Below are positions 15,478 through 26,178 of a DNA stretch of 64,000 nucleotides, piece by piece; position 1 is the first letter of the stretch; each line of letters starts with the position of its first letter. The notes under the pieces were generated by a model. It was not told the origin of the DNA. It saw only the letters and a program-made list of their open reading frames with translations, and made no database searches. The stretch is taken from contig DVJQ01000042.1 of the NCBI GenBank assembly GCA_018716625.1, positions 61 through 64,060 of the forward strand, read 5' to 3'. Source of the DNA: Candidatus Galligastranaerophilus intestinavium. GTDB taxonomy: Bacteria > Cyanobacteriota > Vampirovibrionia > Gastranaerophilales > Gastranaerophilaceae. A program made the translations under genes and the position numbers.

Positions 15478-16782
15478 TCATAGCTCAGCAATTAAATCAT
15501 AGCTGTCAGCATCTATCACTTCTGCATCAACTATTTGTGAGGGGGTCAGGTGTTGTTTTGTCTTTATATAGACAAGCCCATCCACCTCGGGGGCATCCGC
15601 ATAACTTCTAGCAATTGCTAAGCCGTTATCGTGTACCTCTTCAATTATACATTGAACCTTTTTAGAAATAAAGCTTAAATTACGTTTTAGAGAAATTTCT
15701 TTTTGCAATTTTAATATTTTATTTTTTCTCGCATGTTTAACTCTCGCACTTACGTTAGGTTTTAAATTGTACGAGTACGTATTTTTTTCTCTTGAATATT
15801 CAAAAACCCCGAGTCTGTCAAATTTCATTTTTTTGACAAAATTAAACAAATTATCAAATTCTTCCTCGGTTTCACCCGGGTACCCTACAATAAATGTTGT
15901 TCTTATGACAACATCCTTAATTTGTTTTCTTAAATTGTTAATAAATTCTTCCTGATTAATTACAGGTCTTCTCATGCGGCTTAATACATCCTTATGAGAA
16001 TGTTGCAAGGGAATATCTATATACTTTACAACCTTATCAAAATTTTTATAAGCATCAATTAGATTTTGTGTGAAATTTGTCGGATACGCGTACAAAACTC
16101 TTATCCAACTAATATTTTCTATTTTATTTAATTCATACAACAATTTATCTAAAGAAGGTTTTGAGTATAAGTCAATTCCATAACTTGTAGTATCCTGCGC
16201 AATTAGGATAATTTCTGCAACACCTTTATCTGCAAGCATTCGGGCTTCTTTAACAATATCTTCGATTTTTCTTGATTGATACTTTCCGCGTAATTGCGGG
16301 ATTACACAATATCCGCAAGAATAATTACAACCTTCTGCAATTTTTATATACGAAGAACTTCCAACGGTTATTTGCGCCCTTTGTACATCCTCAGGATAAA
16401 TATAACAAGGATTCTCGCTTACATTATAAAATTTGTCAGATTCTACAGCTTTTACGATATCTTTGATATCACAAGTTCCAACAAAGCCTGAAACTTCCCA
16501 AAGGAGTTTTTTTAGCTCATGCTTATGTTTCTGAGGAAGGCAACCTGTAACAATAATTTTTTTACCCTTTTCAATCATACTAAAAATACTTTTAATACTT
16601 TCTTTTTCAGCGTCATGAATGAATGAACAGGTATTTATTACGACAGTTTTCACTTTTTCATCATCTGCATCAAGTGTTGTTTTATAGCCTGCATTCTCAA
16701 GCATGCCAAGCATCAACTCTGTATCTACCAAGTTTTTAGCGCAACCGTGATGTATAATTCCAATCAGTTTATTTTTCTTCAT
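15478..16782 (-). CDS. rimO: radical SAM methylthiotransferase, RimO type
   Basis: The N-terminal GCAKNLVDTELMLG is the RimO pattern rather than the MiaB pattern. CNYSCGYC provides the radical SAM cluster, and a C-terminal TRAM-like segment is present. Confidence 0.75.
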   Translation of the reverse strand: MKKNKLIGIIHHGCAKNLVDTELMLGMLENAGYKTTLDADDEKVKTVVINTCSFIHDAEKESIKSIFSMIEKGKKIIVTGCLPQKHKHELKKLLWEVSGFVGTCDIKDIVKAVESDKFYNVSENPCYIYPEDVQRAQITVGSSSYIKIAEGCNYSCGYCVIPQLRGKYQSRKIEDIVKEARMLADKGVAEIILIAQDTTSYGIDLYSKPSLDKLLYELNKIENISWIRVLYAYPTNFTQNLIDAYKNFDKVVKYIDIPLQHSHKDVLSRMRRPVINQEEFINNLRKQIKDVVIRTTFIVGYPGETEEEFDNLFNFVKKMKFDRLGVFEYSREKNTYSYNLKPNVSARVKHARKNKILKLQKEISLKRNLSFISKKVQCIIEEVHDNGLAIARSYADAPEVDGLVYIKTKQHLTPSQIVDAEVIDADSYDLIAEL

Positions 16783-18514
16783 CTTGTTTTATATCTTTTT
16801 GTTTAAATAAAAACACTCTAAATTTTTCACCAAACGCACCCTCAAACGAGTAGTTTTTTGCAATATATTTGCAAGTTTTAATGCCATAATCCTTGCATAT
16901 ATACTCTTTTCCATACTCAGAGGTATCTCTTTTTATAAACATTATAAAATCAGGTCTTTTGTTTGTCACGTCTTTTATAATATTATCTTCACCAAATGTA
17001 TCAAAATCTAGCGGAATAAAACTGGTTTGGTAAAAATCCCATTTTTTTTGCGTTAGATAGTTAATCATTATTCCCTCAGGCAAAACAAGTAGAGAGTCAT
17101 CTTTTGCTGAATGATTACTAAGGTAAGATATAGCCTCACCTAGCGCAAGTGCATTTTGTTTTTCCATTTTTATAGTACCTAATTTAGTTCTTATATAGGA
17201 ATCCTCTTTTGTTATCTGAAGGGCAAATATATTTATAAACACAAGCACAAGAACCATTAAAAAAGTAAAAATTGCACATTCACATTGCTTTTTAGTACTG
17301 TATAAAAATTCAAGCTCTAACAATTCGTTCAAAAATAAAATAATACATATTAGCAGCGGTGCAAACGAATATGTACCATAGAAACCAAGTTGCAACGAGT
17401 GGTAACTTTTTAGCGATGTAACTATTGCAAATAAATACAAGGTAAGGGTGATTATTGACTCTGTATTTTTATACTCTTTTCCTCTTATGAATCTTAACAA
17501 CTTTATTAAAAAAATTACTGTGCAAACATATGGCAACATGGAAAATATTATTTGCGGATGAATCCCCTGAAACATTAATATGCCAAAGTAAAAGATTGAA
17601 ATTAATGCTATAAGAGCATATTTTATAACACGTTTTTTTCTTTTTAAGGCAAAAAACATTAGTACAAAAAATATTGCACCCGTAAATATCAATGAAATGG
17701 TATTTTTAAGATTACTAATAAAAACTTTAAAGTTAAAACCGCTTACACAAAAGTTACCGTAAAAGTATTTTAATGAACTTGCTTCAAGCATTTCACCGAG
17801 GTATTTTGAATTTTTTATTAAATCAGAAACCGTAAGTCCCTGACAAAACAAAACAAGATAACTTATAAAAGGTATAATTAAACTGTACCCTACAAATTTA
17901 AAAAAAACATTGGTTTTATCTTTTTCAATTAACAGATAAAGCACTGCTATTGGGATAATTACCGGTATAAATTCAATTTTACTTGTGCAAATCCCTCCCC
18001 ATAAAATAGCACTATAGTATAAATAATTAGTATTCTTTGTTTTTACATAATTAATCAAAAAATATAAAATCCATATAGAAAACACGGAAGCAAAAACAAT
18101 CGCATACGAATAAGGCAGAATATAATTAAAAATAAAAATATCAAGCACTACTGCATACATAACAAGCAAGGATATTGCAGAGCTCACAAATTTTGATAAA
18201 AAATTTCTCGCACAAAGATATACGCCAAATATGTAGCTAAGTCCGAATATCGCACCTATTGTATAATATGTATTTAATTTAAACGGAAATATCTTGATAA
18301 AAAATGCATTAAAAAGATAAGGAAAGGGGCCATATATACAAAATATGTCTTTATACAAAACCTTACCTTGCGATATTGCATAAGGAACATACACTTCTCT
18401 GCCGCAATCAATTATTACATCTCCCCAGTGGGCGTAAGATACAATGTAGGAAATTACATATAAAAATAAAATTATTAAAAGCGGTATTTTTTCCTTTATA
18501 AGCACATTTTTCAT
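16769..18514 (-). CDS. polytopic membrane protein, possibly an ArnT/GT39-like glycosyltransferase
   Basis: About 12 or more hydrophobic helices followed by a soluble ~130-aa C-terminal domain. No catalytic motif was verified. Confidence 0.5.
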   Translation of the reverse strand: MKNVLIKEKIPLLIILFLYVISYIVSYAHWGDVIIDCGREVYVPYAISQGKVLYKDIFCIYGPFPYLFNAFFIKIFPFKLNTYYTIGAIFGLSYIFGVYLCARNFLSKFVSSAISLLVMYAVVLDIFIFNYILPYSYAIVFASVFSIWILYFLINYVKTKNTNYLYYSAILWGGICTSKIEFIPVIIPIAVLYLLIEKDKTNVFFKFVGYSLIIPFISYLVLFCQGLTVSDLIKNSKYLGEMLEASSLKYFYGNFCVSGFNFKVFISNLKNTISLIFTGAIFFVLMFFALKRKKRVIKYALIALISIFYFGILMFQGIHPQIIFSMLPYVCTVIFLIKLLRFIRGKEYKNTESIITLTLYLFAIVTSLKSYHSLQLGFYGTYSFAPLLICIILFLNELLELEFLYSTKKQCECAIFTFLMVLVLVFINIFALQITKEDSYIRTKLGTIKMEKQNALALGEAISYLSNHSAKDDSLLVLPEGIMINYLTQKKWDFYQTSFIPLDFDTFGEDNIIKDVTNKRPDFIMFIKRDTSEYGKEYICKDYGIKTCKYIAKNYSFEGAFGEKFRVFLFKQKDIKQDEEK

Positions 18515-18600
18515 ATGTAATATATACCAAAAGCTTTCAAAAAAGGCAATTTTTTTACATGGATTTTTTTTATTAATTTAGTAGATTGCGGAGTAAAATT

Positions 18601-19059
18601 ATGCAACCTGTATTACCTACAAGTCTTGATATGGTTTCTGCAAATGTTTTAGGGTTTGATGCTCAAGCCTATATAAATGATACACCTTCTACCCTAAGTA
18701 ACAGGCTCAATATACCTAACAATAATTACCTGCCGAATGACCAATTTTCAAAAGAAAAAACAGCTCATAAAAGAAATAAGAAAAATTTTGATTTTGGTGC
18801 GGCACTTGCCGGTGGTTTGTCCGCCTTTGGTCTTAGTGCACTATTTTTTACAATATTTAAAAAGAAAGCCAACTTTTCAAATCTTTCTGGCGCAAGCACT
18901 GTAAATATTAAAACAAGTTTAAGTTCGATATCAAATACAATCTCAAATATATATAAAAATACACTCAGCACTGCAAACAAGACGGCTCTGACTATTTTAG
19001 ACGGGATAAAATCCACTGCCGACAAGTTTACAAGCTTAATAAAGAAAAATCCAAAATAG
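18601..19059 (+). CDS. hypothetical membrane protein
   Basis: ATG 18601 has GGAG 7 nt upstream. There is one TM segment (GAALAGGLSAFGLSALFFTIF). Confidence 0.45.
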   Translation: MQPVLPTSLDMVSANVLGFDAQAYINDTPSTLSNRLNIPNNNYLPNDQFSKEKTAHKRNKKNFDFGAALAGGLSAFGLSALFFTIFKKKANFSNLSGASTVNIKTSLSSISNTISNIYKNTLSTANKTALTILDGIKSTADKFTSLIKKNPK

Positions 19060-19062
19060 CAA

Positions 19063-20703
19063 CTAACCAACCTCTGTAGTTAATAATTCAAGGTTATGTT
19101 TGGCTTCTTGATGATCAGGTTGGACAGCAAGAGCATTTTTGTAATATTCAACCGCTTTTTCTTTATCATCAACTATTTCATATGCCAGAGCCAAATTATA
19201 CATAGTATCTGCATCATCAGGTGCAGATTTTAAGACCTCTAAAAATTGTTCTATTGCTTTTGCGTAATCCAGCTCTTTTGTGAGCGAGAGAGCATAAGCT
19301 TTTCTGGCTTTAATATTTAGCGGATCAATATTTAGCGCATCAAAAAAAGCGGTTTTTGAATTTTTTATATCACCTATCTCATCGTACGTATAACCAAGCG
19401 CAAAATAGTATTTTGACTCTTGAGGTGAAATTGAAATCGCTCTTTTAAAATGTCCTATTGCATCCTGATAGCTTTTTATATCACAATTACATCTGCCAAG
19501 TTTGTAATATATATCCGAATTATCAGGATCATACTTTAAACCTTCAATGAACTTGTCAAAAGCTTTATTGTACTCTCCCTGCTTAAATAAATCTATAGCC
19601 CAACTGCAAATAATTCTTGAGATGTAATTCCTGATAATCTGTGTTTGCTCACTTGGCAAGTTGCCTATAAGATTTTCATACAAATCAACAGCTTTTTCAT
19701 ACTCGCCCAAACTTACATATGCTTGCGCCAAAGTATATGCAAGCGAATCCTCGTCAGGGAAATCCGAGATTAGATTTATAAGTATATCTATAGCCTCTTG
19801 AATTTGATTTTTTTGTATTAAAATCTCACAATATCGGTTTTGATAATGCAAGTAGTTAACACTTTGAGAGCCTTCAAGGTCGATAAGCTTTCTATAAGAA
19901 ATTAACGCCTGATCCCATTGTTTAATGTTGAAATACATTTGTGCAATTTTCTCAAGCAATTCAATGTCCTCACCCTGAGTCTTGCCCAGTTTTTCATAGC
20001 ATTCAAGACACTTATTCCAGTCATTTTTCTTATATGCAAGCTCTGATATTATTTTAACAACATCAGTGTCATCAGGAGTAAGTTCGGCTATCTCCTCATA
20101 CGTTTTAAGTGCATCATCACTATAACCTTCAACAAGATAAAGTTGTGCTACAGTGTGTTTTATCTTTGCAATTTCTTGCGGATCATCCTCTGCTTCAAGC
20201 AACAAATTATACATTTTTATAGCTTTCTGTGCACTTGCAATGTCAGTATACAGTTGCGCAAGATTTTTTATAGCAACAATATCTGAAGGGTTATCCTTAT
20301 AAATACTCTCATATACTGCAAGCGCTTTTCTTTTATTGCCGGAATCCAGATAAATCTTACCAAGTTCTTGTCTTGCCTCATCGTCGGATGGATCGATTTT
20401 GAGTATTGCTTCCAAATGAAGTGCAGCAAGACTTGTGTTACCTATTTCAAGATAAGATTGTATAAGCAATTTTCGAAGCTCTAAAGAATTATACTTCTGT
20501 GTTAATTCTTTTTTTAAAAAACGCTGAAGTTCAAGGTGCATCCCATTATTATACAGTTGCCTTGCACGCTCAAGCGCTTCATCAACGCTTAGTTCTTTAG
20601 GTTCTTCTTTTTCTTCTCTGTTTAGCAGAAAAAGGAAATATACCCTGAGAATTATAAAAGCAAATATTATTAGTGCACATATTAAAAGTATATTGTGATT
20701 CAT
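19063..20703 (-). CDS. TPR-repeat protein with an N-terminal membrane anchor
   Basis: It contains many 34-aa A/Y/L-patterned repeats (...AIKMYNLLLE..., ...AVEYYKNALAVQPDH...). Confidence 0.8.
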   Translation of the reverse strand: MNHNILLICALIIFAFIILRVYFLFLLNREEKEEPKELSVDEALERARQLYNNGMHLELQRFLKKELTQKYNSLELRKLLIQSYLEIGNTSLAALHLEAILKIDPSDDEARQELGKIYLDSGNKRKALAVYESIYKDNPSDIVAIKNLAQLYTDIASAQKAIKMYNLLLEAEDDPQEIAKIKHTVAQLYLVEGYSDDALKTYEEIAELTPDDTDVVKIISELAYKKNDWNKCLECYEKLGKTQGEDIELLEKIAQMYFNIKQWDQALISYRKLIDLEGSQSVNYLHYQNRYCEILIQKNQIQEAIDILINLISDFPDEDSLAYTLAQAYVSLGEYEKAVDLYENLIGNLPSEQTQIIRNYISRIICSWAIDLFKQGEYNKAFDKFIEGLKYDPDNSDIYYKLGRCNCDIKSYQDAIGHFKRAISISPQESKYYFALGYTYDEIGDIKNSKTAFFDALNIDPLNIKARKAYALSLTKELDYAKAIEQFLEVLKSAPDDADTMYNLALAYEIVDDKEKAVEYYKNALAVQPDHQEAKHNLELLTTEVG

Positions 20704-20787
20704 AATAACAATTATACAATTTTTAAACTAAATTCAAATTTTCGTAAATTTACTTTACATATTTTTAAATTTTATTATTATATTAAT

Positions 20788-21384
20788 ATGAAGAAGTTAT
20801 TAGCAACATTTTTTGTAATACTGTTTTTTAATTCTGCAATATTTGCAGCAGATGACATACTGGATTTAGACATGGACTTAATTGACTCACCGTCTTTTTC
20901 AAACAGGAAAGCTGTCACACAAGAACAGTTTGATAAAGCGATTGAGCAAAAACAACAAAAAAATAAAGGATTGATTTTAAAATTTAGAGACTGGCTAAAC
21001 AGAAACAAACCCGAAAACGACCCTGTGCTAAAAAGTTTTGAATCGGATGGCTCAGGTGAGTTAGGGATGAGTGCACATGACTTTAGTAATATTAAACCAA
21101 ACATTGTCCTATCTACAGATATTATAGATTCTTTTGGTAAAGTTGTTCCGAAAGGTCACTACCAAGTTTCATTCTTTGATAAAGATAATGCAAAACTTAT
21201 AAACTTTATGCAGGGCAACACAACATATGGCTCAATTAGGGCAATCGACACCACTGACAATTCAACAACAAACTCTATAGTCTATGCAAGAATATCATAC
21301 CCATCAGCCGATGTTGCAAGAATAATTTTCTCAAATCTTGATGTTTGCGTTGAAGGATTTGCAAGAATTGTAAAACCTATTTAG
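20788..21384 (+). CDS. hypothetical secreted protein
   Basis: The signal peptide [20 protein letters not shown] begins at ATG 20788. The longer track ORF from 20695 is unlikely. Confidence 0.55.
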   Translation: MKKLLATFFVILFFNSAIFAADDILDLDMDLIDSPSFSNRKAVTQEQFDKAIEQKQQKNKGLILKFRDWLNRNKPENDPVLKSFESDGSGELGMSAHDFSNIKPNIVLSTDIIDSFGKVVPKGHYQVSFFDKDNAKLINFMQGNTTYGSIRAIDTTDNSTTNSIVYARISYPSADVARIIFSNLDVCVEGFARIVKPI

Positions 21385-22984
21385 CAGATTTTTTAAGTGC
21401 AGTTTTAATTAATCCCATAAACAGCGGGTGAGCATTTTCAGGTCTTGACTTAAATTCCGGATGAAATTGACACGCAACAAACCAGTCGTTTTTCGGATAT
21501 TCAACAATTTCACACAAAAGTCCATCCGGAGATTTTCCGCTTATAACGAGTCCTGCATCTTCTATTATTTTTTTGAAATCATTATTAAATTCATATCTGT
21601 GCCTATGACGTTCCGAGATTAACTTTTTACCATAAGCCTTATATGCCTTTGTGCCCTCTTTTAAAACGCATTCATAAGCACCAAGACGCATTGTACCGCC
21701 ATAGCCCGCAATGTTTTTTTGCTCTGACATTAAATCTATAACAGGGTAGGGTGTTTTTTCATCAAATTCTGTTGAATTTGCAGCTTTTAACCCAACAACA
21801 TTTCTGGCATATTCTATAACTGCACACTGCATTCCAAGACATAACCCCAGGAACGGAAGATTATTTTCTCTGGCATATTTAATAACATTTAGCTTGCCTT
21901 CAATACCCCTAAAGCCAAAACCCCCGGGGACAACCAAGGCGTCTACATCGCTAAGCATTTGTGCTGCTATAGAATCAGACTTGCAATCTTCAGAAGCAAG
22001 CCATTTAATTTTAACTTTAGTATCATACGCACATCCCGCATGCTTTAGTGATTCCACAACAGAGATGTACGCATCGTTAAGTTCTGTATATTTGCCTGCA
22101 AGCGCTATCGTAAGCTCATTTTTAGGGTGTTTGATTTTACTTACCAATTCTCTCCAGTTGCTCAAGTTAGGATTTTTTGATTTGCAATTTAAAATCCTTA
22201 ACACATTTTGTGCAAGGTTTTGCTCCTCAAGCGCAAGAGGTACTTCATAGATTGTATCCATATCTTTACACTCTATGACGCACTCTTTTTGTACGGAACA
22301 AAACAGCGCTATTTTGTCTTTTTCAGACTGCGATACCGGAACTTGTGTTCTTAAAACCAATATTTCAGGTTGTATACCAAAACTTCTTAATGTATTAACA
22401 CTGTGTTGAGAAGGTTTTGTTTTAAGTTCTCCAGATGTTGGCAAATATGGCAAAAGTGTAACATGTATGGACAAAGAATTTCCAATCCCTACTTCAGATC
22501 TAAATTGTCTTATTGCTTCAATAAATGGCAAACCCTCTATGTCACCTATTGTTCCGCCAATTTCCGCTATAAGAAAATCAGGTTTAAATTGTTTTGTTGC
22601 CAACTGTATTCTTGATTTTATTTCATCGGTTATATGAGGAATAGTCTGAACCGTTGCTCCAAGGTAGTCACCGCGACGTTCTTTGTTAATAACCGTTTGA
22701 TAAACACTGCCTGATGTTACATTGTTGAACTTGCCTAACGATGTATTTGTAAATCTTTCATAATGCCCGAGATCAAGATCGGTTTCTGCCCCATCATCTG
22801 TTACAAACACTTCACCGTGTTGAAAAGGACTCATTGTACCGGGGTCAACATTGATATAAGGATCAAATTTTTGTATCGTAACACTAAAGCCTCTGGCTCT
22901 TAAAAGATTGCCCAAAGAGGCGGCTACTATACCCTTTCCTAAAGAGCTAACTACACCGCCTGTTATAAAAATATATTTTGTCAT
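21377..22984 (-). CDS. pyrG: CTP synthase
   Basis: [19 protein letters not shown]..., and a GATase domain with GLCLGMQ and HRHRYE. Confidence 0.95.
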   Translation of the reverse strand: MTKYIFITGGVVSSLGKGIVAASLGNLLRARGFSVTIQKFDPYINVDPGTMSPFQHGEVFVTDDGAETDLDLGHYERFTNTSLGKFNNVTSGSVYQTVINKERRGDYLGATVQTIPHITDEIKSRIQLATKQFKPDFLIAEIGGTIGDIEGLPFIEAIRQFRSEVGIGNSLSIHVTLLPYLPTSGELKTKPSQHSVNTLRSFGIQPEILVLRTQVPVSQSEKDKIALFCSVQKECVIECKDMDTIYEVPLALEEQNLAQNVLRILNCKSKNPNLSNWRELVSKIKHPKNELTIALAGKYTELNDAYISVVESLKHAGCAYDTKVKIKWLASEDCKSDSIAAQMLSDVDALVVPGGFGFRGIEGKLNVIKYARENNLPFLGLCLGMQCAVIEYARNVVGLKAANSTEFDEKTPYPVIDLMSEQKNIAGYGGTMRLGAYECVLKEGTKAYKAYGKKLISERHRHRYEFNNDFKKIIEDAGLVISGKSPDGLLCEIVEYPKNDWFVACQFHPEFKSRPENAHPLFMGLIKTALKKSAK

Positions 22985-22997
22985 TATTTACCCTTAC

Positions 22998-23279
22998 TTA
23001 ATTAATTTTTGGAACCTTAAAGTAGTCAGACTCTACATCAGGAGCATTTGCCATAAGTTCCTCTCTGGTATTTTCATATTTTACGGCATCTTCTCGCATA
23101 ACATTAAAAAATTCCATAGCATGATTCATGGGCTCAACATTAGTTGTGTCAACTTCATTCATTTGCTCGACGTATTTTAAAATATCACCAAGTTGTTTTG
23201 AAAACTTTATTTTTTCGTCTTCACTAAGTTCTAATCTTGCAAGCTTTGCCACATGTTCAACATCTTTAATTTCAATCAT
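22998..23279 (-). CDS. gatC: Asp/Glu-tRNA amidotransferase subunit C
   Basis: IEIKDVEHVAKLARLELSEDEKIKFSKQLGDILKYVEQMNEVDT, at 93 aa. Confidence 0.85.
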   Translation of the reverse strand: MIEIKDVEHVAKLARLELSEDEKIKFSKQLGDILKYVEQMNEVDTTNVEPMNHAMEFFNVMREDAVKYENTREELMANAPDVESDYFKVPKIN

Positions 23280-23374
23280 AAAATCACTTCCTCATCTTAT
23301 GATAATTTATCAGAAAAACGATAATAATGCAAAATGTCTTGCAAACAAAAGAATGTGTGTAATATAATTTAAAA

Positions 23375-24019
23375 ATGAGCGCTAAGTACAATATTCTCAT
23401 AGTTGAAGATCATGCACTTACAAGATTTGCACTAAAAACTTCCCTAAGAGAGGCAGATTTTACAGGTGAAATCTTTGAGGCATCATGTGCACAAGAAGCC
23501 TATGAACAATTAGCTCTTTTTAATATTGACCTTGTAATCATGGACCTGGGCTTGCCCGGTATAAACGGAGTACAAGCAACTCAAGAAATTAAAAAGATGC
23601 ACAAAAAAATTAAAATAATCATCTTGACTTCTCACAGTGAAGAAGAAGAAGTCTTAAAATGCCTTGAAGCAGGAATTTGTGCTTATTGTTCAAAAGATAT
23701 AAAACCTGATAAATTAATTGAACTTATAAAAGATATTTTAAAGGGAAATCTATGGTTTGATTCAACTGTTTCTCAATACATACTGAATGCTAAAAAAACA
23801 ACCAGACAAAAAGCTGACGATGACTATAATTTAACACTAAAGGAGAAAAAAGTTCTTTCACTTCTGGCTGATGGCAACTCAAATCAACAAATTGCAAAAA
23901 AATTGAATATTTCCGTAAATACTGCTAAAGTTCATGTATGTAACATATTACAAAAATTATCGGTAGATGACAGGACACAAGCTGCCATAAAAGCCATAAA
24001 AGAAAATATTTTAGGTTAG
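23375..24019 (+). CDS. NarL/LuxR-type response regulator
   Basis: A receiver domain (ILIVEDH...DLVIMDLGLPG) is followed by a LuxR HTH (LTLKEKKVLSLLADGNSNQQIAKKLNISVNTAKVH). Confidence 0.85.
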   Translation: MSAKYNILIVEDHALTRFALKTSLREADFTGEIFEASCAQEAYEQLALFNIDLVIMDLGLPGINGVQATQEIKKMHKKIKIIILTSHSEEEEVLKCLEAGICAYCSKDIKPDKLIELIKDILKGNLWFDSTVSQYILNAKKTTRQKADDDYNLTLKEKKVLSLLADGNSNQQIAKKLNISVNTAKVHVCNILQKLSVDDRTQAAIKAIKENILG

Positions 24020-24043
24020 TTTAAAAATAAGGATAGAATTAAT

Positions 24044-24673
24044 ATGTCAACATTGGGAAAAATACTTATAATTGACGATAACCCAAAACTTTTGGAAGAC
24101 GCCCTACCTATGTATGGTTATGAGGTAAAATCTGCAACTGACGGACTTTTGGGTCTTAAAATTTTAAGCGAAGAAAAAGAGCCTTTTGATTTAATTTTGC
24201 TTGATGTTGTCATGCCAAATCTTGATGGTTGGGAAACGCTTAAATCAATAAGGGATAACGAAAATACAAAACATATTCCCATAATAATGTTAACCGCAGT
24301 AAATGAGGATAATAAACAGATTTCAGGTTTAAAATTTGGTGCGGATGACTATATAACAAAACCTTTTATTTTACCCAACCTGCTTGCAAGAGTTGAAGCA
24401 CTTTTAAGACGTTCAAATTGGTCAAATCAAAAAAAACACACAAGCGCTTTGCCTTTTGTGACATCTCAGCCTATCTCGCCTCTTACATCAAGGGAAAAAG
24501 AAATCTTACAACTTGTTGCCAAAGGGGCAAGTAACGCAGACATTGCACAAAAACTTTTTGTACGTGAAGTCACCGTTAAGACCCATCTTAACAGTATTTA
24601 CAAAAAACTTAATGTTGATAACAGAGTTCAGGCGGTTCTCTTAGCAATGCAGACTCAAATTATAGACAGTTAA
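24044..24673 (+). CDS. response regulator with a LuxR-type HTH
   Basis: A receiver domain (ILIIDDN...DLILLDVVMPNLDG...KP) is followed by LTSREKEILQLVAKGASNADIAQKLFVREVTVKTH. Confidence 0.85.
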   Translation: MSTLGKILIIDDNPKLLEDALPMYGYEVKSATDGLLGLKILSEEKEPFDLILLDVVMPNLDGWETLKSIRDNENTKHIPIIMLTAVNEDNKQISGLKFGADDYITKPFILPNLLARVEALLRRSNWSNQKKHTSALPFVTSQPISPLTSREKEILQLVAKGASNADIAQKLFVREVTVKTHLNSIYKKLNVDNRVQAVLLAMQTQIIDS

Positions 24674-24744
24674 TCATTTTTTACTTGACTATTACATAGT
24701 ATGTCGGACAATAGTAGAGCGGGAGATAAAAAGGATAATAAAGC

Positions 24745-25275
24745 ATGAAATCAAAAGATGAATTAGTTAGTCTTGTTTTAAATAATAAAGAAGAATTTAG
24801 CGATTATTTTTCTAAAAACAGTGATATAGATTTAAGCGAATGTGATTTTAGCGCATGTGAAATTTCTGACGTCGATTTTTCAAATATTGATTTTTCAGGT
24901 GCAAATTTTTCAGAATGCTCACTTACAAATGTAAGTTTCACAGGATGTGATCTAACGAGCGCAAACTTCTCTCGCGCAACTGTTGCTGAGTGTAATTTTG
25001 CCGAATCAGTTTTAAATGGTACGGATTTCAGCTATTCAAGCGTTACTTACTCAAACTTTACAGACGCTGATATGGCAGGATGCGTCTTTAACGAAGCAGA
25101 TCTATCTGATAGTGACTTTAGCTCAAGCGCCAATATGAGCGCATGCCGTTTTGATGAAAGTACGATTTGGCCTGATAGCGATAAATTGCCTGAAGACTTT
25201 GACTCTACATATAATTATGACTTGTCGTCATTACAAGATGAAGAAGATTCACGCAGCGACGATTTTGGCTACTAA
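24745..25275 (+). CDS. pentapeptide-repeat protein with an acidic tail
   Basis: It shows consecutive A(D/N)(L/F)xx repeats (SDVDFSNIDFSGANFSECSLTNVSFTGCDLTSANFS...). Confidence 0.85.
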   Translation: MKSKDELVSLVLNNKEEFSDYFSKNSDIDLSECDFSACEISDVDFSNIDFSGANFSECSLTNVSFTGCDLTSANFSRATVAECNFAESVLNGTDFSYSSVTYSNFTDADMAGCVFNEADLSDSDFSSSANMSACRFDESTIWPDSDKLPEDFDSTYNYDLSSLQDEEDSRSDDFGY

Positions 25276-25299
25276 TAAAAAATATGCTATAAAGTTATT

Positions 25300-26178
25300 A
25301 TGTTTAAAAAAGCATTTTCTATTTTTCTAATAAATCTGTTGTTTTCATCTGCTTGTTATTGTGCGCAAGAGATAAGACCCGAGAATCTGGAAGAGCACAA
25401 AATTCAATATGACGAGCAGGTTCAAACCCTAAAGGGCTCTTTGTTTATTAATGACACCGAAGAAGCTCAGATGGTCGTAAACAAACAACAACAAAGTGAT
25501 ATAGAAGACTTAGAAAATCTTTGGAATGCTACGGTAAATTCCAATCCGCTAATAAAATTTTGCCTTAAAAAGCTTGCAATACCTGAAGAACAAAGACGCG
25601 TCCACTCCTCGCTTATGGCAAAAAGCATGAGTGCATTAATAAGCGGTGCTGCTATGCTTCCCTCGTTTATGGGAATGCACTATTCAATCCAATCTGCGTC
25701 ATTTGCTGCCGCACGACTTGCCAATAACTGGATTAATAAAGATAACTACAAAAAACTTAAAGACGTTCCATTAACAGACACAGAAGCAATTGAACTTGCC
25801 GCATTGATTGAAGAATTACAAGACGAGATAGTTGTTACATATTATAACTACAAAGGCGCACTAATGCGTCTAAAGGACTGCAGGGCGCAACTTTTATTGT
25901 ACAACAAAAATTATAACGAGGCTCTTAAAAAAAACGACTCTCTTGAAATATCGGTTGCTTCTGCGCAATGGGAAGAACAGTTAGTTGAGGAATACAAAAT
26001 AAAACAGGATGTAAAAAAATACCATCTTATGCTGGAGCGTCTTGCAGGGAAAGAAACAACAGAAAACCTAAACGTTGCTCAATATAATCTGAAAACTCAA
26101 AATGTAGATTTAAACAACATTAATTTTTCAAAACGTGAAATCCCTGTAAATATTGAGGCATTCAATGCTAAAAATTAA
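25300..26178 (+). CDS. hypothetical secreted coiled-coil protein (paralog A)
   Basis: It has a signal peptide and shares LWNA..., a hydrophobic G/A-rich stretch and a C-terminal coiled coil with the next gene. Confidence 0.6.
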   Translation: MFKKAFSIFLINLLFSSACYCAQEIRPENLEEHKIQYDEQVQTLKGSLFINDTEEAQMVVNKQQQSDIEDLENLWNATVNSNPLIKFCLKKLAIPEEQRRVHSSLMAKSMSALISGAAMLPSFMGMHYSIQSASFAAARLANNWINKDNYKKLKDVPLTDTEAIELAALIEELQDEIVVTYYNYKGALMRLKDCRAQLLLYNKNYNEALKKNDSLEISVASAQWEEQLVEEYKIKQDVKKYHLMLERLAGKETTENLNVAQYNLKTQNVDLNNINFSKREIPVNIEAFNAKN

